The translations under genes were made by a program, and so were the position numbers. Below are positions 27,052-36,759 of a stretch of DNA of 64,000 nucleotides, one piece after another. Numbering within the stretch: position 1 is the first letter of the stretch; the number at the start of each line of letters is the position of its first letter. The notes under the pieces were generated by a model. That model ran no database searches, was not told where the DNA came from, and saw only the letters and a program-made list of their open reading frames with translations. Source of the stretch: Flavobacteriales bacterium (GTDB lineage Bacteria > Bacteroidota > Bacteroidia > Flavobacteriales_F > PHOS-HE28); assembly GCA_016703005.1 (NCBI GenBank), contig JADJCX010000033.1, forward strand, positions 164,430 through 228,429. Direction: 5' to 3'.

Positions 27052-29103
27052 TTAACTCACCTTCTCGCTCTCCTTACCGATCCGTTCGGCAAGTAACAGC
27101 TTCATCGCTGTCCATTCATCGCGTAGCCCTGCCGCACTGATGTAATCCTGCTCCTTGCTTGCCCGCTTCATTTGGGCCTCAAGTATGTCGCAGTTCTTCT
27201 GCAACTGATCAATGGTCATGTGCTGGACGACCGGATCGGCGGCCACGCTGAAGCCCTCAGGCTCCACATAGGCCTTGCGCATGCCTTCGTTGTTCACATC
27301 GATCACGGAGGTCTGCTTCAACACATCCGAACGGTCGCGCTTGATCTGTGTTGGCGTGATGTTGTGCTCGATATTGTATGCGATCTGCTTCTGCCTGCGC
27401 CGGTCGGTCTCGTCCATCGTGCGCCGCATGCTGTCGGTGATCTTGTCGGCATAGAAGATCACTTTGCCGTTGATGTTCCGCGCTGCGCGCCCTGCCGTCT
27501 GGGTCAATGATCGGTTGCTGCGCAGGAAGCCCTCTTTGTCCGCATCGATGATGGCGACCAGCGATACTTCCGGAAGGTCGAGACCCTCGCGTAACAGGTT
27601 CACGCCCACCAAAACATCGAACAAGCCCAATCGCAATTGCCGGAGGATCTCGATACGCTCCAGCGTTTCCACGTCGCTGTGTATGTACTTGCACTTCACC
27701 CCGTTGCGGCACATGAACTCCGTGAGTTCCTCCGCCATGCGCTTGGTCAATGTGGTCACCAACACTCGTTCTTGTTTCACACTGCGCTGCCGGATCTCCT
27801 CCAGCAGGTCGTCGATCTGGTTCACGCTCGGACGGATCTCGATGGGCGGGTCCAGCAAGCCCGTTGGCCGCACCACCTGCTCCACGATGATGCCTTCGCT
27901 GCGCTCCAATTCGTAATCGGCCGGTGTGGCGCTCACGAAAATGGTTTGCCCGATCATGCTCTCGAATTCGTCCTGCTTCAAGGGCCTGTTGTCCATGGCG
28001 CTCGGCAGGCGGAAGCCGTATTCCACCAAGTTCTTCTTACGGCTGCGGTCGCCGCCGTACATGGCGCTCACTTGGCTCACGGTCACGTGGCTCTCGTCAA
28101 TGACCATCAGGAAGTCGTCGGGGAAGTAGTCCAGTAGACAGAAGGGGCGTTGACCGGTTTGCCGCCGATCGAAATAGCGGCTGTAGTTCTCGATGCCGCT
28201 GCAGTAGCCCAGTTCGCGCATCATCTCCAGATCATGCAAGGTGCGCTCCTCCAGCCGTTTGGCTTCGAGGTTCTTGCCGATCTCATGGAAGAACGCCACT
28301 TGGCGTTCCATGTCCTCCTTGATGGCTGCCAGTGCAGCGTTCATCGTCTCGCGACTTGTCACGAAGATGTTCGCGGGGTAGATGGTGGTTGCTTCCAGCT
28401 CCTCGTGCAGTTGGCGAGTAGCGGCATCGAACCGTTCGATGCGTTCCACTTCCTCGCCGAAGAAGTGCAGGCGAATACCGTCGTCGCTGTATGCCAGCAG
28501 GATCTCCACCACATCGCCGCGCACTCGGAAGTTGCCGCGGGCGGGATCGGCGTCATTGCGGCTGTACAGCGCTTCCACCAGTTGAAGCAGCAACTTGTTG
28601 CGGCTCACACGCTGGCCTTTCTTCACTTGCACGACGCTCTTATGGAATTCCGCCGGGTTACCAATGCCGTAGATGCAACTGACGCTCGCCACCACCAGCA
28701 CATCGCGACGACCGCTGAGCAATGCGCTCGATGCGCTGAGCCGCAACTTCTCGATCTCTTGGTTCACCGAGAGATCCTTCTCGATGTAGGTGTTGGTCGT
28801 GGGCAGATAGGCTTCGGGCTGGTAGTAATCGTAATAGCTCACGAAGTACTCCACGCGGTTCTTCGGGAAGAAGTGTTTGAACTCACCGAAGAGCTGCGCT
28901 GCGAGCGTCTTGTTGTGGCTCAGCACCAACGTGGGCCGATCAACCTTTTCCACCACGTTGGCCACGGTGAAGGTTTTACCGCTGCCTGTCACGCCCAACA
29001 GCGTCTGGAAGCGCACGCCATCGTTAAGCCCATCCACCAACTGCTTGATGGCTTCAGGTTGATCGCCTGTGGGCTGGAATTCGCTAGTGAGTTCGAAGGG
29101 CAT
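27052..29103 (-). CDS. uvrB: Excinuclease ABC subunit B (UvrB)
   Basis: 683 aa. FQPTGDQPEAIKQL...LLGVTGSGKTFT (Walker A). Helicase motifs, beta-hairpin, C-terminal UvrB/UvrC interaction region. Confidence 0.9.
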   Translation of the reverse strand: MPFELTSEFQPTGDQPEAIKQLVDGLNDGVRFQTLLGVTGSGKTFTVANVVEKVDRPTLVLSHNKTLAAQLFGEFKHFFPKNRVEYFVSYYDYYQPEAYLPTTNTYIEKDLSVNQEIEKLRLSASSALLSGRRDVLVVASVSCIYGIGNPAEFHKSVVQVKKGQRVSRNKLLLQLVEALYSRNDADPARGNFRVRGDVVEILLAYSDDGIRLHFFGEEVERIERFDAATRQLHEELEATTIYPANIFVTSRETMNAALAAIKEDMERQVAFFHEIGKNLEAKRLEERTLHDLEMMRELGYCSGIENYSRYFDRRQTGQRPFCLLDYFPDDFLMVIDESHVTVSQVSAMYGGDRSRKKNLVEYGFRLPSAMDNRPLKQDEFESMIGQTIFVSATPADYELERSEGIIVEQVVRPTGLLDPPIEIRPSVNQIDDLLEEIRQRSVKQERVLVTTLTKRMAEELTEFMCRNGVKCKYIHSDVETLERIEILRQLRLGLFDVLVGVNLLREGLDLPEVSLVAIIDADKEGFLRSNRSLTQTAGRAARNINGKVIFYADKITDSMRRTMDETDRRRQKQIAYNIEHNITPTQIKRDRSDVLKQTSVIDVNNEGMRKAYVEPEGFSVAADPVVQHMTIDQLQKNCDILEAQMKRASKEQDYISAAGLRDEWTAMKLLLAERIGKESEKVS

Positions 29104-29135
29104 GGAAGATTGCGCGAAGGTCGGGCTTCAGAGCC

Positions 29136-29783
29136 TCAATACTTCCACCAGTAGTAGAACAGCTTCACGAATTCGTTCTGCACGGTGAGCAAGCCGTCCT
29201 CGCTTTGCCACCACTTCTGTTCATCGAAGCGGTCCGTTCGCGCACCGAAACGACGCACCACGATGCCTTCTTCCGCAAAGCGGTCGGTGAAGACGAAGTT
29301 GACGCGCCGCATGTGGAATCGACTACTGAGCACGGCGATAGTGTCGAAGTGCGACAGCCGGGCGTGCGCGAGGATGGCTTCCGCTTCTTCCATGGTGCTG
29401 GTGCCGATGTGCAGGGTTGTGCACTGCTCTGCTGGCAGACCGTTGCGGACGGCAGCGTTCTTGGTCATCTCCGACTCGTCGAGGTGGATGCCGTACGGCA
29501 CAAGCTCTTCGTTGACGCTACTGCCCGTGGTGAAGAACACCGTGTTCGGGAAGTGACGATGGACCTCTGCAGCACGCAAACCGCGATCCAGTGGTGCACC
29601 ACCCAACACATACACCGCATCCACGGCCACCACTTCCTCATCCATCATCAAGTAGCCGATCGCGGCTTGTAGGATGACGGTGCGGAACAGCCATGCCAGC
29701 GCGATCAGTACCGCAACGACACCTAGAATGCGGAACCAACGCCTTTGGACAAGACGGCCAACACGTTCCCTGAAGCTTGCCAT
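29136..29783 (-). CDS. YdcF/ElyC (DUF218) family protein
   Basis: N-terminal TM helix, then AVDAVYVLGGAPLDRGLRAAEV... which resembles DUF218. Confidence 0.55.
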   Translation of the reverse strand: MASFRERVGRLVQRRWFRILGVVAVLIALAWLFRTVILQAAIGYLMMDEEVVAVDAVYVLGGAPLDRGLRAAEVHRHFPNTVFFTTGSSVNEELVPYGIHLDESEMTKNAAVRNGLPAEQCTTLHIGTSTMEEAEAILAHARLSHFDTIAVLSSRFHMRRVNFVFTDRFAEEGIVVRRFGARTDRFDEQKWWQSEDGLLTVQNEFVKLFYYWWKY

Positions 29784-29792
29784 GCTGCTTGC

Positions 29793-31916
29793 TCAATACG
29801 CTCCTGCCCAGCGGCGCATGCCCCATTCGGCAGTGAGCAGGCCGAGCAGAACGAAGAAGATCCACTTCAACCCGATGAGGTCGCTGAAACTGCTGTGCGC
29901 ATAACTGCGTGCCGCAAGGTCCTTGCGGTCTCCCATTGCAGCCGCGATCCGGTCCATGCCATCTTCATCGGCTGATACGAACAGACCTGAAGAACGTGCG
30001 GCGATATCGCGCCACAGGCCGTGGTCCGCGGTAGAGGTGAGTTGTTCAGCAACCAATTCCTGCACGTTGAAGCCCCCGCTCGATGTCAGGTTGTCACCAG
30101 CGAACGTGGTGCGCGCGGTGAACGTGTAACGACCGGGAGGAAGTTGTCCGGCTTCCAACCGATAGCTGCTGCCCACGCGACTGAAAACGAATGGGAAGTC
30201 TTTCCCACCCTCGTCGGTGATGATGACTTTGGCTTCCGGTTCGTTCACCAGTTCATAGCTCGCGTTGTACAGTTCCGCATTGATGACCACCGGCTCATTC
30301 TCCGCAAAGACCTGTGCGCATTCCGTGCGGAAGCGTTGCTTGTCAGCTTTCACGGCCAAGAATTGCACGAGCTTCCGCACCACCCCATCGAAGTGCGCGG
30401 TGCCTTGGTTCATCTGTTGATCGGCCAAGCGCCACCGCCAGAAACCTTCGCCACAGGTAACGGCCGTGCGGCGCTCTCCTTGCTGCACGGCGATCAAGGG
30501 TGCTGCGGTCTTCACCACGCCTACGCGTTGGGTGAACAACGATGAGGCGCCCTTGCCCAATTCGTATTCGCCGAAAGGAACCTGTAGCGGTGGGAAGCGC
30601 TCGATGGATCGCAGTTGTGCGGCATCCATGGTGAACAAGGGGAACGAAGGATCGCTGGACGCCTGCGCATCGGTGATGCGACCACGTTGTGCGGCCACGT
30701 TCAGGCCTGCGGCTTCCTGTTCGAACGCTGGGAAGTCCGTTTGCGTGCCGATGAAGTACCACACCGGAATGCCCTTGGCGCGGATCTGTTGCAGCACGTT
30801 CTTGCCTTGGCCCTTCGTCGATGGTAGTTGATGCAGTACCACCAGGTCGAAGTCTTCCACTTTGCCGTTGAAGCCGTCGGCCAGCGCGATCTCGGTCGCA
30901 AATCCATCGAGCCCACCGAGCGCGTTGCGGATGGCCGCCAGATCAGGATGCGGTGCCGCGGCGAGCAGCAGCACCTTCTTGCGATCGTCCAAGACTTCCA
31001 CCAGTAACGTGCGTGTGTTGTTCACTTCGGTGGTTTCGCCCTCCACGCTGCGCAGCGACACGCTGTAGCGCTGCAGTCCGGCAGAGGTCGCTTTCACCAG
31101 CAGCGGCACTTCCACGAACAACGGATCACCAGAAATGGAAATGTCCTTGCCTGCGACTTCCGCACCCGCCTGTATTACGCTCAAACGGGTCGACTTCCCG
31201 GTCAAATGCCGGGCCTCAATGCGTACGAGCAATGGGAACTCATTGCCGAGATAGGTAATGCGGTTGTGTTCAACGGCTTTCAACACCAGATCGGCGCGTA
31301 CCGTGGTATCGCCCATGGCTATGGTGTACACCGGCACGCCCAGACGCTGCGCCGTGAAGTGTGGATCGCTGCCACGGTTCCAGATACCATCGCCGTCAAC
31401 GATCACAGCGCCCAGGTCCGGACCGCTGAACCGGTCGTACACCTCCCGGAAGACTTGGTCGATATCGGTAAGCTGCTGTCGTTGGCCGAATGCAAGTCCC
31501 TCTTCCACGCCTTGCCCGTAGGTGAATGTGCGCACCTCGAATTTCGAACTGAGCTGGTCGCTGAGCGCTTCCAAACGCTGCTGGTATGCTTCGCGCAGTG
31601 CTGCGCTATCGCTGGTCGCTAGCAACGAACTCGAGCCATCGTGCGCGATCACGATCACCGGTTTGCGGATGTCTTCCACCTGCACCTTCACCATCGGTTG
31701 CAAAAGGAAGAAGGCGATGAGCGAAACAGCCGATGCACGGAACACCGCCACGAGCAAGGCAAGGCGACGATCCCAGCCGTGGCGATCGACGCTGCGCCGG
31801 TAGAGCAGCCATGCCAACCCACAACCGAGCAGCAAGCACACCGGCACAAGCCAGAGCGGGTAGTTGGTGGAGATGTTCAATGTGATCCGGGGATGAGATC
31901 GTGATGCGGCCCGCAA
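29793..31916 (-). CDS. Large membrane protein with N-terminal double-TM (BatA_N/TIGR02226-like) and possible vWA-like region
   Basis: 707 aa. Two N-terminal TM helices (LWLVPVCLLLGCGLAWLL; LALLVAVFRASAVSLIAFFLL) then VIVIAHDGSSSL (DxSxS-like). Confidence 0.45.
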   Translation of the reverse strand: MRAASRSHPRITLNISTNYPLWLVPVCLLLGCGLAWLLYRRSVDRHGWDRRLALLVAVFRASAVSLIAFFLLQPMVKVQVEDIRKPVIVIAHDGSSSLLATSDSAALREAYQQRLEALSDQLSSKFEVRTFTYGQGVEEGLAFGQRQQLTDIDQVFREVYDRFSGPDLGAVIVDGDGIWNRGSDPHFTAQRLGVPVYTIAMGDTTVRADLVLKAVEHNRITYLGNEFPLLVRIEARHLTGKSTRLSVIQAGAEVAGKDISISGDPLFVEVPLLVKATSAGLQRYSVSLRSVEGETTEVNNTRTLLVEVLDDRKKVLLLAAAPHPDLAAIRNALGGLDGFATEIALADGFNGKVEDFDLVVLHQLPSTKGQGKNVLQQIRAKGIPVWYFIGTQTDFPAFEQEAAGLNVAAQRGRITDAQASSDPSFPLFTMDAAQLRSIERFPPLQVPFGEYELGKGASSLFTQRVGVVKTAAPLIAVQQGERRTAVTCGEGFWRWRLADQQMNQGTAHFDGVVRKLVQFLAVKADKQRFRTECAQVFAENEPVVINAELYNASYELVNEPEAKVIITDEGGKDFPFVFSRVGSSYRLEAGQLPPGRYTFTARTTFAGDNLTSSGGFNVQELVAEQLTSTADHGLWRDIAARSSGLFVSADEDGMDRIAAAMGDRKDLAARSYAHSSFSDLIGLKWIFFVLLGLLTAEWGMRRWAGAY

Positions 31917-31950
31917 AGGAAGCCGGAAGGGAAGGACATGGAACGGAGTG

Positions 31951-33096
31951 TTATTCTTCGGAGGTTCCGATCCAGCACATGATCGGCCGATGGTCGCTCA
32001 GTTCATCGGGTAGCGTCTTGAACCCTGATGCTTCAAGGCTGGGTGAGTGCATGATGTGGTCGATGCGGAAGCTGGGGAAGGCACCGATGTATGTATGGCC
32101 TAGGCCACGACCGCTCTCCTCGAAGGCATCCACCAGATCGCCATCCAAGTGGTGGTAGGCGTAGCTCATCGGTGTGTCGTTCATATCGGAGCAGAACACC
32201 ACCGGGTGCGGACATGCGCGCATGTGATCGCGGATACGCTCCACTTGGTCGGCGCGGCGGATGAAGGCATCTTTCAGGCGTGAGATGATGCGCCCACCGC
32301 CGGTGCGCAGCGAGTCGGTCGCGACGCCGTCATCGAGGTCGTGTACGAACTGGTAGTCCGCCCGACCGAAGTGGATACTGGCCAAGTGCGCGCTGTAGAT
32401 GCGCACCGTGTCGTCCAGCATTTTGATATCGGCCCAGATGCACGAGTTGTTCTCATCGCCGGGAAAAGGAACAAGGCCTTTATCAACGATCGGCTTGGCG
32501 CTGAAGATGGCGATGCCGAAGTGCTGACCGTTCTTGGTGTGCTGCACGTAGTGGTCGTGCACGCCGGTCCAGTGGAAGTTCCTCAACAGCGTATCGCGCG
32601 TGTCGAAGAATTTCTTGTTGTCGCTCCGGTAGAATTCCTGTGCGCAGAAAATGTCGGGTGCTTCGGTGAGGAGCAGGTCGTACATCTCATCGCGGTTCGT
32701 TTTGTTGTGGCTCCAGTTGTACAGGTCGAACAGGCGCACGTTCCACGACATGATGCTCACTTGTTCGCCCTCGGTGCTCTTGGGTTTGCCAAGGATCTGA
32801 ATGAAGTCGGTAATGTGGTTCCAGCCGAGCAGAACGATCACACCGCTCAGCAGCATGCGCTTGCGCCGGAACAACAGCCACCACAACAGGAAGAAGACCT
32901 GCGTGGCCAGCACGTAGGGATACACCATCCCGAAAAAGGCCAAGGGCCAAAAGGTGCTGGGGTTGACGCGAATGGCCAAGTACGCCAAAAGCAACGCGAT
33001 CACCGATGCCCAGTTGAGCCACCATACGGGCAAGTGCCAGCGGCTCACACGCCGCCCGACATTCCCCGTGGGTGTCGCCGTTTCAGCGCTTGCCAT
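31951..33096 (-). CDS. Endonuclease/exonuclease/phosphatase (EEP) family membrane protein
   Basis: N-terminal TM helices. SIMSWNVRLFD...DIFCAQEF...SDHRPIMCWI are conserved EEP motifs. Confidence 0.7.
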   Translation of the reverse strand: MASAETATPTGNVGRRVSRWHLPVWWLNWASVIALLLAYLAIRVNPSTFWPLAFFGMVYPYVLATQVFFLLWWLLFRRKRMLLSGVIVLLGWNHITDFIQILGKPKSTEGEQVSIMSWNVRLFDLYNWSHNKTNRDEMYDLLLTEAPDIFCAQEFYRSDNKKFFDTRDTLLRNFHWTGVHDHYVQHTKNGQHFGIAIFSAKPIVDKGLVPFPGDENNSCIWADIKMLDDTVRIYSAHLASIHFGRADYQFVHDLDDGVATDSLRTGGGRIISRLKDAFIRRADQVERIRDHMRACPHPVVFCSDMNDTPMSYAYHHLDGDLVDAFEESGRGLGHTYIGAFPSFRIDHIMHSPSLEASGFKTLPDELSDHRPIMCWIGTSEE

Positions 33097-34006
33097 CGTT
33101 GCTGGCTTTGAAGAGTATGTCCTTCTCCGTTTTGCTCAAGCTCTCGTACCCGCTGCGGCTGATCTTGTCCAGGATCACATCGATGTTGGCCTGCTCGGCC
33201 TTGCGCGTTGCGTTGTAGTCGATATCGCTCATCCGCTTCCCGCGCGGGCTCTGGACAACCTTTAACCGCGGGCCCCGCTGGAAGGTGAGCGCTTTGCCGA
33301 TACGCTCCAGCCCATTGATGAAACCAAGGCTCCAGTCGTTGCCCTTCTTCAGTTGCGTGGCGGCGAGATAGCCGTACAGCGCGCCACCCAAGTGGGCGAT
33401 GTGCCCGCCGCTGTTATCACCATCGCGAATGCTGATGAGGTCGAGCAGCAGAAAGATCACTGCCAACCATTTCAACCGCACCGCACCGAACAGGAACAGG
33501 CGCACCACCATCTCCGGTTGGTACACCGCGATGCCGATGAACACAGCGGTAATGCTGGCCGATGCCCCGACAATACCACCCATGCTCGTGTACGCACGCA
33601 ACGGACCGACATGGGCGAACAACAAGAAGAGCGCAAAGCCGGCGAGGCCGCCGAGCAAGTAGTTCCCGAGCAGTCGACGGTCGCCCAGGAGATCGCCGAA
33701 CAGACGCCCGCTGAACCAGAGCATGAACATGTTGAAGACGAGGTGCATCACTCCTTCGTGCGTGAACATGTAGGTGATGGCCGTCCACGGCTTCAGCAGC
33801 AATGCGCCCAGATCGCTGGTCGAGGCCAACCACGGGTTGATGTAATGGCCCATCCACTGGTCGGCGAGCTGTGGGCTGCCTTCCACCATGATCATCACCA
33901 ATCCTGTAAGGAGCAGGAAGAGGAATACCGCCACGTTGATGATGATGAGCCTTAGCAGCACACCTCCGCTGCGCCACATGCCTTTGATATCGTTCCACAC
34001 GCTCAT
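33083..34006 (-). CDS. Rhomboid family intramembrane serine protease
   Basis: 6 TM helices. GGIVGASASI (GxSx Ser) and IAHLGGALYGYL (His). C-terminal soluble extension. Confidence 0.65.
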   Translation of the reverse strand: MSVWNDIKGMWRSGGVLLRLIIINVAVFLFLLLTGLVMIMVEGSPQLADQWMGHYINPWLASTSDLGALLLKPWTAITYMFTHEGVMHLVFNMFMLWFSGRLFGDLLGDRRLLGNYLLGGLAGFALFLLFAHVGPLRAYTSMGGIVGASASITAVFIGIAVYQPEMVVRLFLFGAVRLKWLAVIFLLLDLISIRDGDNSGGHIAHLGGALYGYLAATQLKKGNDWSLGFINGLERIGKALTFQRGPRLKVVQSPRGKRMSDIDYNATRKAEQANIDVILDKISRSGYESLSKTEKDILFKASNDGKR

Positions 34007-34198
34007 GCTCCGCTTTATGCCTCAAAAGAAGGAAGGAAGCCGCAACTCTGCCTCGTTCACGTTGACGTAACGCGAACAACCGCCGTTAACGTTCGTGAAC
34101 AGGACCCTTTGTTGCGCCACCGGTCGAGGCTGTGGCCTCGGGCATTGTGCCGCTGAGCTATCGGGTCAATGAGACTCACCTGCGCAGGCTTCCGCGCA

Positions 34199-34690
34199 CT
34201 ACCGCCTACCGGGACCGGGCTTATCGCCATCGCGGCGATCGCGCAGGCGCTTGAGCAGCTCGCGGTTGAAGTCGCGCTCGGCCCGTCCGAGCATCAGCGT
34301 TTTCCGGGCATTGAGGGCTTTCCTGAACTCCGCGCTGTACTTCTTTCGCAGATCCAGTTCTTTCTGCTGCGCAGCCAGGTCCTTATCGATCGCCGCGGCG
34401 GCCTCGGCCTCCGTCAATTCGCCCGCGCCGCGCACGGCTTTGTTCGCTTCGCGACGCTCTTTACGCAGGGCTTCCAGTTCCTTGTCGTACTGGTTGTACA
34501 CAGGCCAGAACACCTGCGCTTCCTCTGGCGTCAGTTCCATCTTGCTGGTGATGTACGCCGTCTTCTGCGCTTTGATCTCCTTCAGGCGCTCCTCGGGAAT
34601 GAGCGGCAATTCGTCGTCCTGCGCAACGCCCGAAAGGGCAGGGGCCATGAGCAAGGCGCCCAGCAGTATGCGGTGCAATAGGGTCTTCAT
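34199..34690 (-). CDS. Periplasmic Spy/CpxP-like (LTxxQ-type) protein
   Basis: Signal peptide, charged helical repeats. Third gene downstream of the ECF sigma/anti-sigma pair. Confidence 0.45.
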   Translation of the reverse strand: MKTLLHRILLGALLMAPALSGVAQDDELPLIPEERLKEIKAQKTAYITSKMELTPEEAQVFWPVYNQYDKELEALRKERREANKAVRGAGELTEAEAAAAIDKDLAAQQKELDLRKKYSAEFRKALNARKTLMLGRAERDFNRELLKRLRDRRDGDKPGPGRR

Positions 34691-35178
34691 AATTCGCTGA
34701 TGAGTTCGTTCAGGTCGGTGTGCTCTTGCTCCAGGTAGTCGAGCAGTTCGTCGTCGGTGAGGTCCACCCCAAGTGTATTCATGGTAACGGCTTCGTCGCT
34801 GGCCAAGGCTGCGAAGAGGTCCACTTCATCCACGTCGTCAAGGTCTTCGATGGTCGGCGATGTTTCCTCCACAACCGCAACGTTCTCCACGGTGCCGCTG
34901 TCGCGCAGGAACCACCACGCGCCCAGCAGCACCAGTAACACTGGCGTAGCAATGGCCAAGCGCCAGAGCCAAGTGAAAGCCGATGGCTTCTTCTCCTGTT
35001 CCACCACCATGGCTTGCACCTCATGGGGCAGCCGGTCGAAGAAATGCGCAGGCACTTTGAAGGGCTCTTCCGCCGGGATACCGAACAGGGTGGGGGCGAG
35101 GCGTTGTAGTTCCTCACGCTCCAACGCGTCGTCGCCGCTGCGGAAGTCGGGTGTGTTACGGAGGTTGCTGCGGTCCAT
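34687..35178 (-). CDS. Putative anti-sigma factor (single-TM)
   Basis: Cytoplasmic N-terminus, one TM (WRLAIATPVLLVLLGAWWFL), acidic C-terminus. Directly downstream of the ECF sigma gene. Confidence 0.45.
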   Translation of the reverse strand: MDRSNLRNTPDFRSGDDALEREELQRLAPTLFGIPAEEPFKVPAHFFDRLPHEVQAMVVEQEKKPSAFTWLWRLAIATPVLLVLLGAWWFLRDSGTVENVAVVEETSPTIEDLDDVDEVDLFAALASDEAVTMNTLGVDLTDDELLDYLEQEHTDLNELISEL

Positions 35179-35198
35179 GGCTCCTGAGTGCTGGGACG

Positions 35199-35765
35199 TC
35201 AATCCGGTGTTTTGGTTTGATCGGCCACTACCCACTCCTCGATCTTCTTCACGGCAATGTGGTAGGTGGCTTTCAAGGCGCCCACCGTGGTGCCGGTGAT
35301 CGCACTGATCTCGGTGTACTTCTTCGCTTCGAAATACTTCATGATGAAGACTGCCCGCTGCTTGTTAGGCAGCCGCATCACCGCGCGCTGCAACTTCTGC
35401 TGGATGGCGTCGCCGCTGAAGTGTTCGCTCTTGTCCAAGGTGCCGCACAACTGCTCGGTCACGGTGTCGTTGTTCACAAAGGGCATGCGCCGCTTTTTGT
35501 TCAAGTGGTTGATGCTTTCGTTGTGTGCGATGCGGTACAACCAACTGTACAGTTGGCTGTCCTCCCGGAAGGTCTCCAGCCCATGCCATGCTTTGATGAA
35601 GGTGTTCTGCAGCACATCCTTCGCGTCGTCGGGGTCGGTGACCATGCGCCGCACGAAACCATAGAGGCGTTGCTGGTGCTGGCGCATGAGCAGGTTGAAC
35701 CCATAGTTGCGCGACTGCTCATCGCGGAACAGGGCCAGGAGTTCTTTGTCGGTGTGCTCGGTCAT
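35199..35765 (-). CDS. RNA polymerase ECF-type sigma-70 family factor
   Basis: LYGFVRRMVTDPDDAKDVLQNTFIKAWHGL is region 2; TEISAITGTTVGALKATYHIAVKKI is the region 4 HTH. Confidence 0.75.
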   Translation of the reverse strand: MTEHTDKELLALFRDEQSRNYGFNLLMRQHQQRLYGFVRRMVTDPDDAKDVLQNTFIKAWHGLETFREDSQLYSWLYRIAHNESINHLNKKRRMPFVNNDTVTEQLCGTLDKSEHFSGDAIQQKLQRAVMRLPNKQRAVFIMKYFEAKKYTEISAITGTTVGALKATYHIAVKKIEEWVVADQTKTPD

Positions 35766-35796
35766 ATGGCTACCGCGCGTACCCGCTCCCAAACAA

Positions 35797-36756
35797 CTAC
35801 TTCCTCGCCATCACCTTCTTCGCGGCCGCTACTACGTCGGGTGTATCCAAGCCGTACTTCTTCAGTAATTGGTCCGGGGTGCCGCTCTCGCCGAAGCTGT
35901 CCTGCACGGCAACGAGCTCCAAGGGTTTGGGCAAGCGGCGCGTCAGCACCGAGGCGATGCTCTCGCCCAAGCCACCGATCATGTTGTGTTCCTCGCAGCT
36001 TACCGCACATCCCGTCTTGTAAACGCTCTTGAGGACCGCCTCTTCGTCCAAGGGTTTGATCGTGTGCACGTTGATCAGCTCGGCGCTGATGCCTTGGGTG
36101 GCCAGTTCCTCAACCGCCTTCACCGCTTTCCACACCAAGTGGCCACAAGCGAAAATGGTCACGTCGCTTCCTTCGCTCATCACATCGGCCTTGCCAATGG
36201 TAAAGGGACGGTCGGCAGCGGTGAACACCGGCCATTTTGGGCGACCGAATCGCAAGTACACAGGACCTTCATGCTCAGCGATGGCGATCGTCGCGGCCTT
36301 CGTTTGGTTGTAGTCGCACGGCACGATCACCGTCATGCCGGGCAGCATCTTCATCAAGCCGATGTCCTCCAGGATCTGGTGCGTTGCGCCGTCCTCGCCA
36401 AGGGTCAGTCCGGCGTGGCTCGCACAGATCTTCACGTTCTTGCCCGCATAGGCGATGCTCTGGCGGATCTGATCGTACACGCGCCCCGTGCTGAAGTTGG
36501 CGAAGGTGCCTGTGAAGGGGATCTTGCCACCGATGGTGAGGCCGGCCGCAATGCCCATCATGTTGGCTTCGGCCACGCCCACTTGCACGAAGCGCTCGGG
36601 GAACTGCTTCGCGAAGGCGTCCATCTTCAAACTGCCCGTGAGGTCGGCGCAGAGCGCCACCACTTGATCGTTCTTTTTTCCGGCCTCCAGCAAACCGGCG
36701 CCGAAGCCGCTGCGGGTGTCCTTGTTGTCGAGTACGGGGTAGGTGGTGGAAGTCAT
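35797..36756 (-). CDS. Transketolase, C-terminal (pyrimidine-binding/TK_C) subunit
   Basis: 319 aa. FGAGLLEAGKKNDQVVALCADLTGS...VGVAEANMMGIAAGL...ASHAGLTLGEDGATHQ. Confidence 0.8.
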   Translation of the reverse strand: MTSTTYPVLDNKDTRSGFGAGLLEAGKKNDQVVALCADLTGSLKMDAFAKQFPERFVQVGVAEANMMGIAAGLTIGGKIPFTGTFANFSTGRVYDQIRQSIAYAGKNVKICASHAGLTLGEDGATHQILEDIGLMKMLPGMTVIVPCDYNQTKAATIAIAEHEGPVYLRFGRPKWPVFTAADRPFTIGKADVMSEGSDVTIFACGHLVWKAVKAVEELATQGISAELINVHTIKPLDEEAVLKSVYKTGCAVSCEEHNMIGGLGESIASVLTRRLPKPLELVAVQDSFGESGTPDQLLKKYGLDTPDVVAAAKKVMARK

Positions 36757-36759
36757 GGG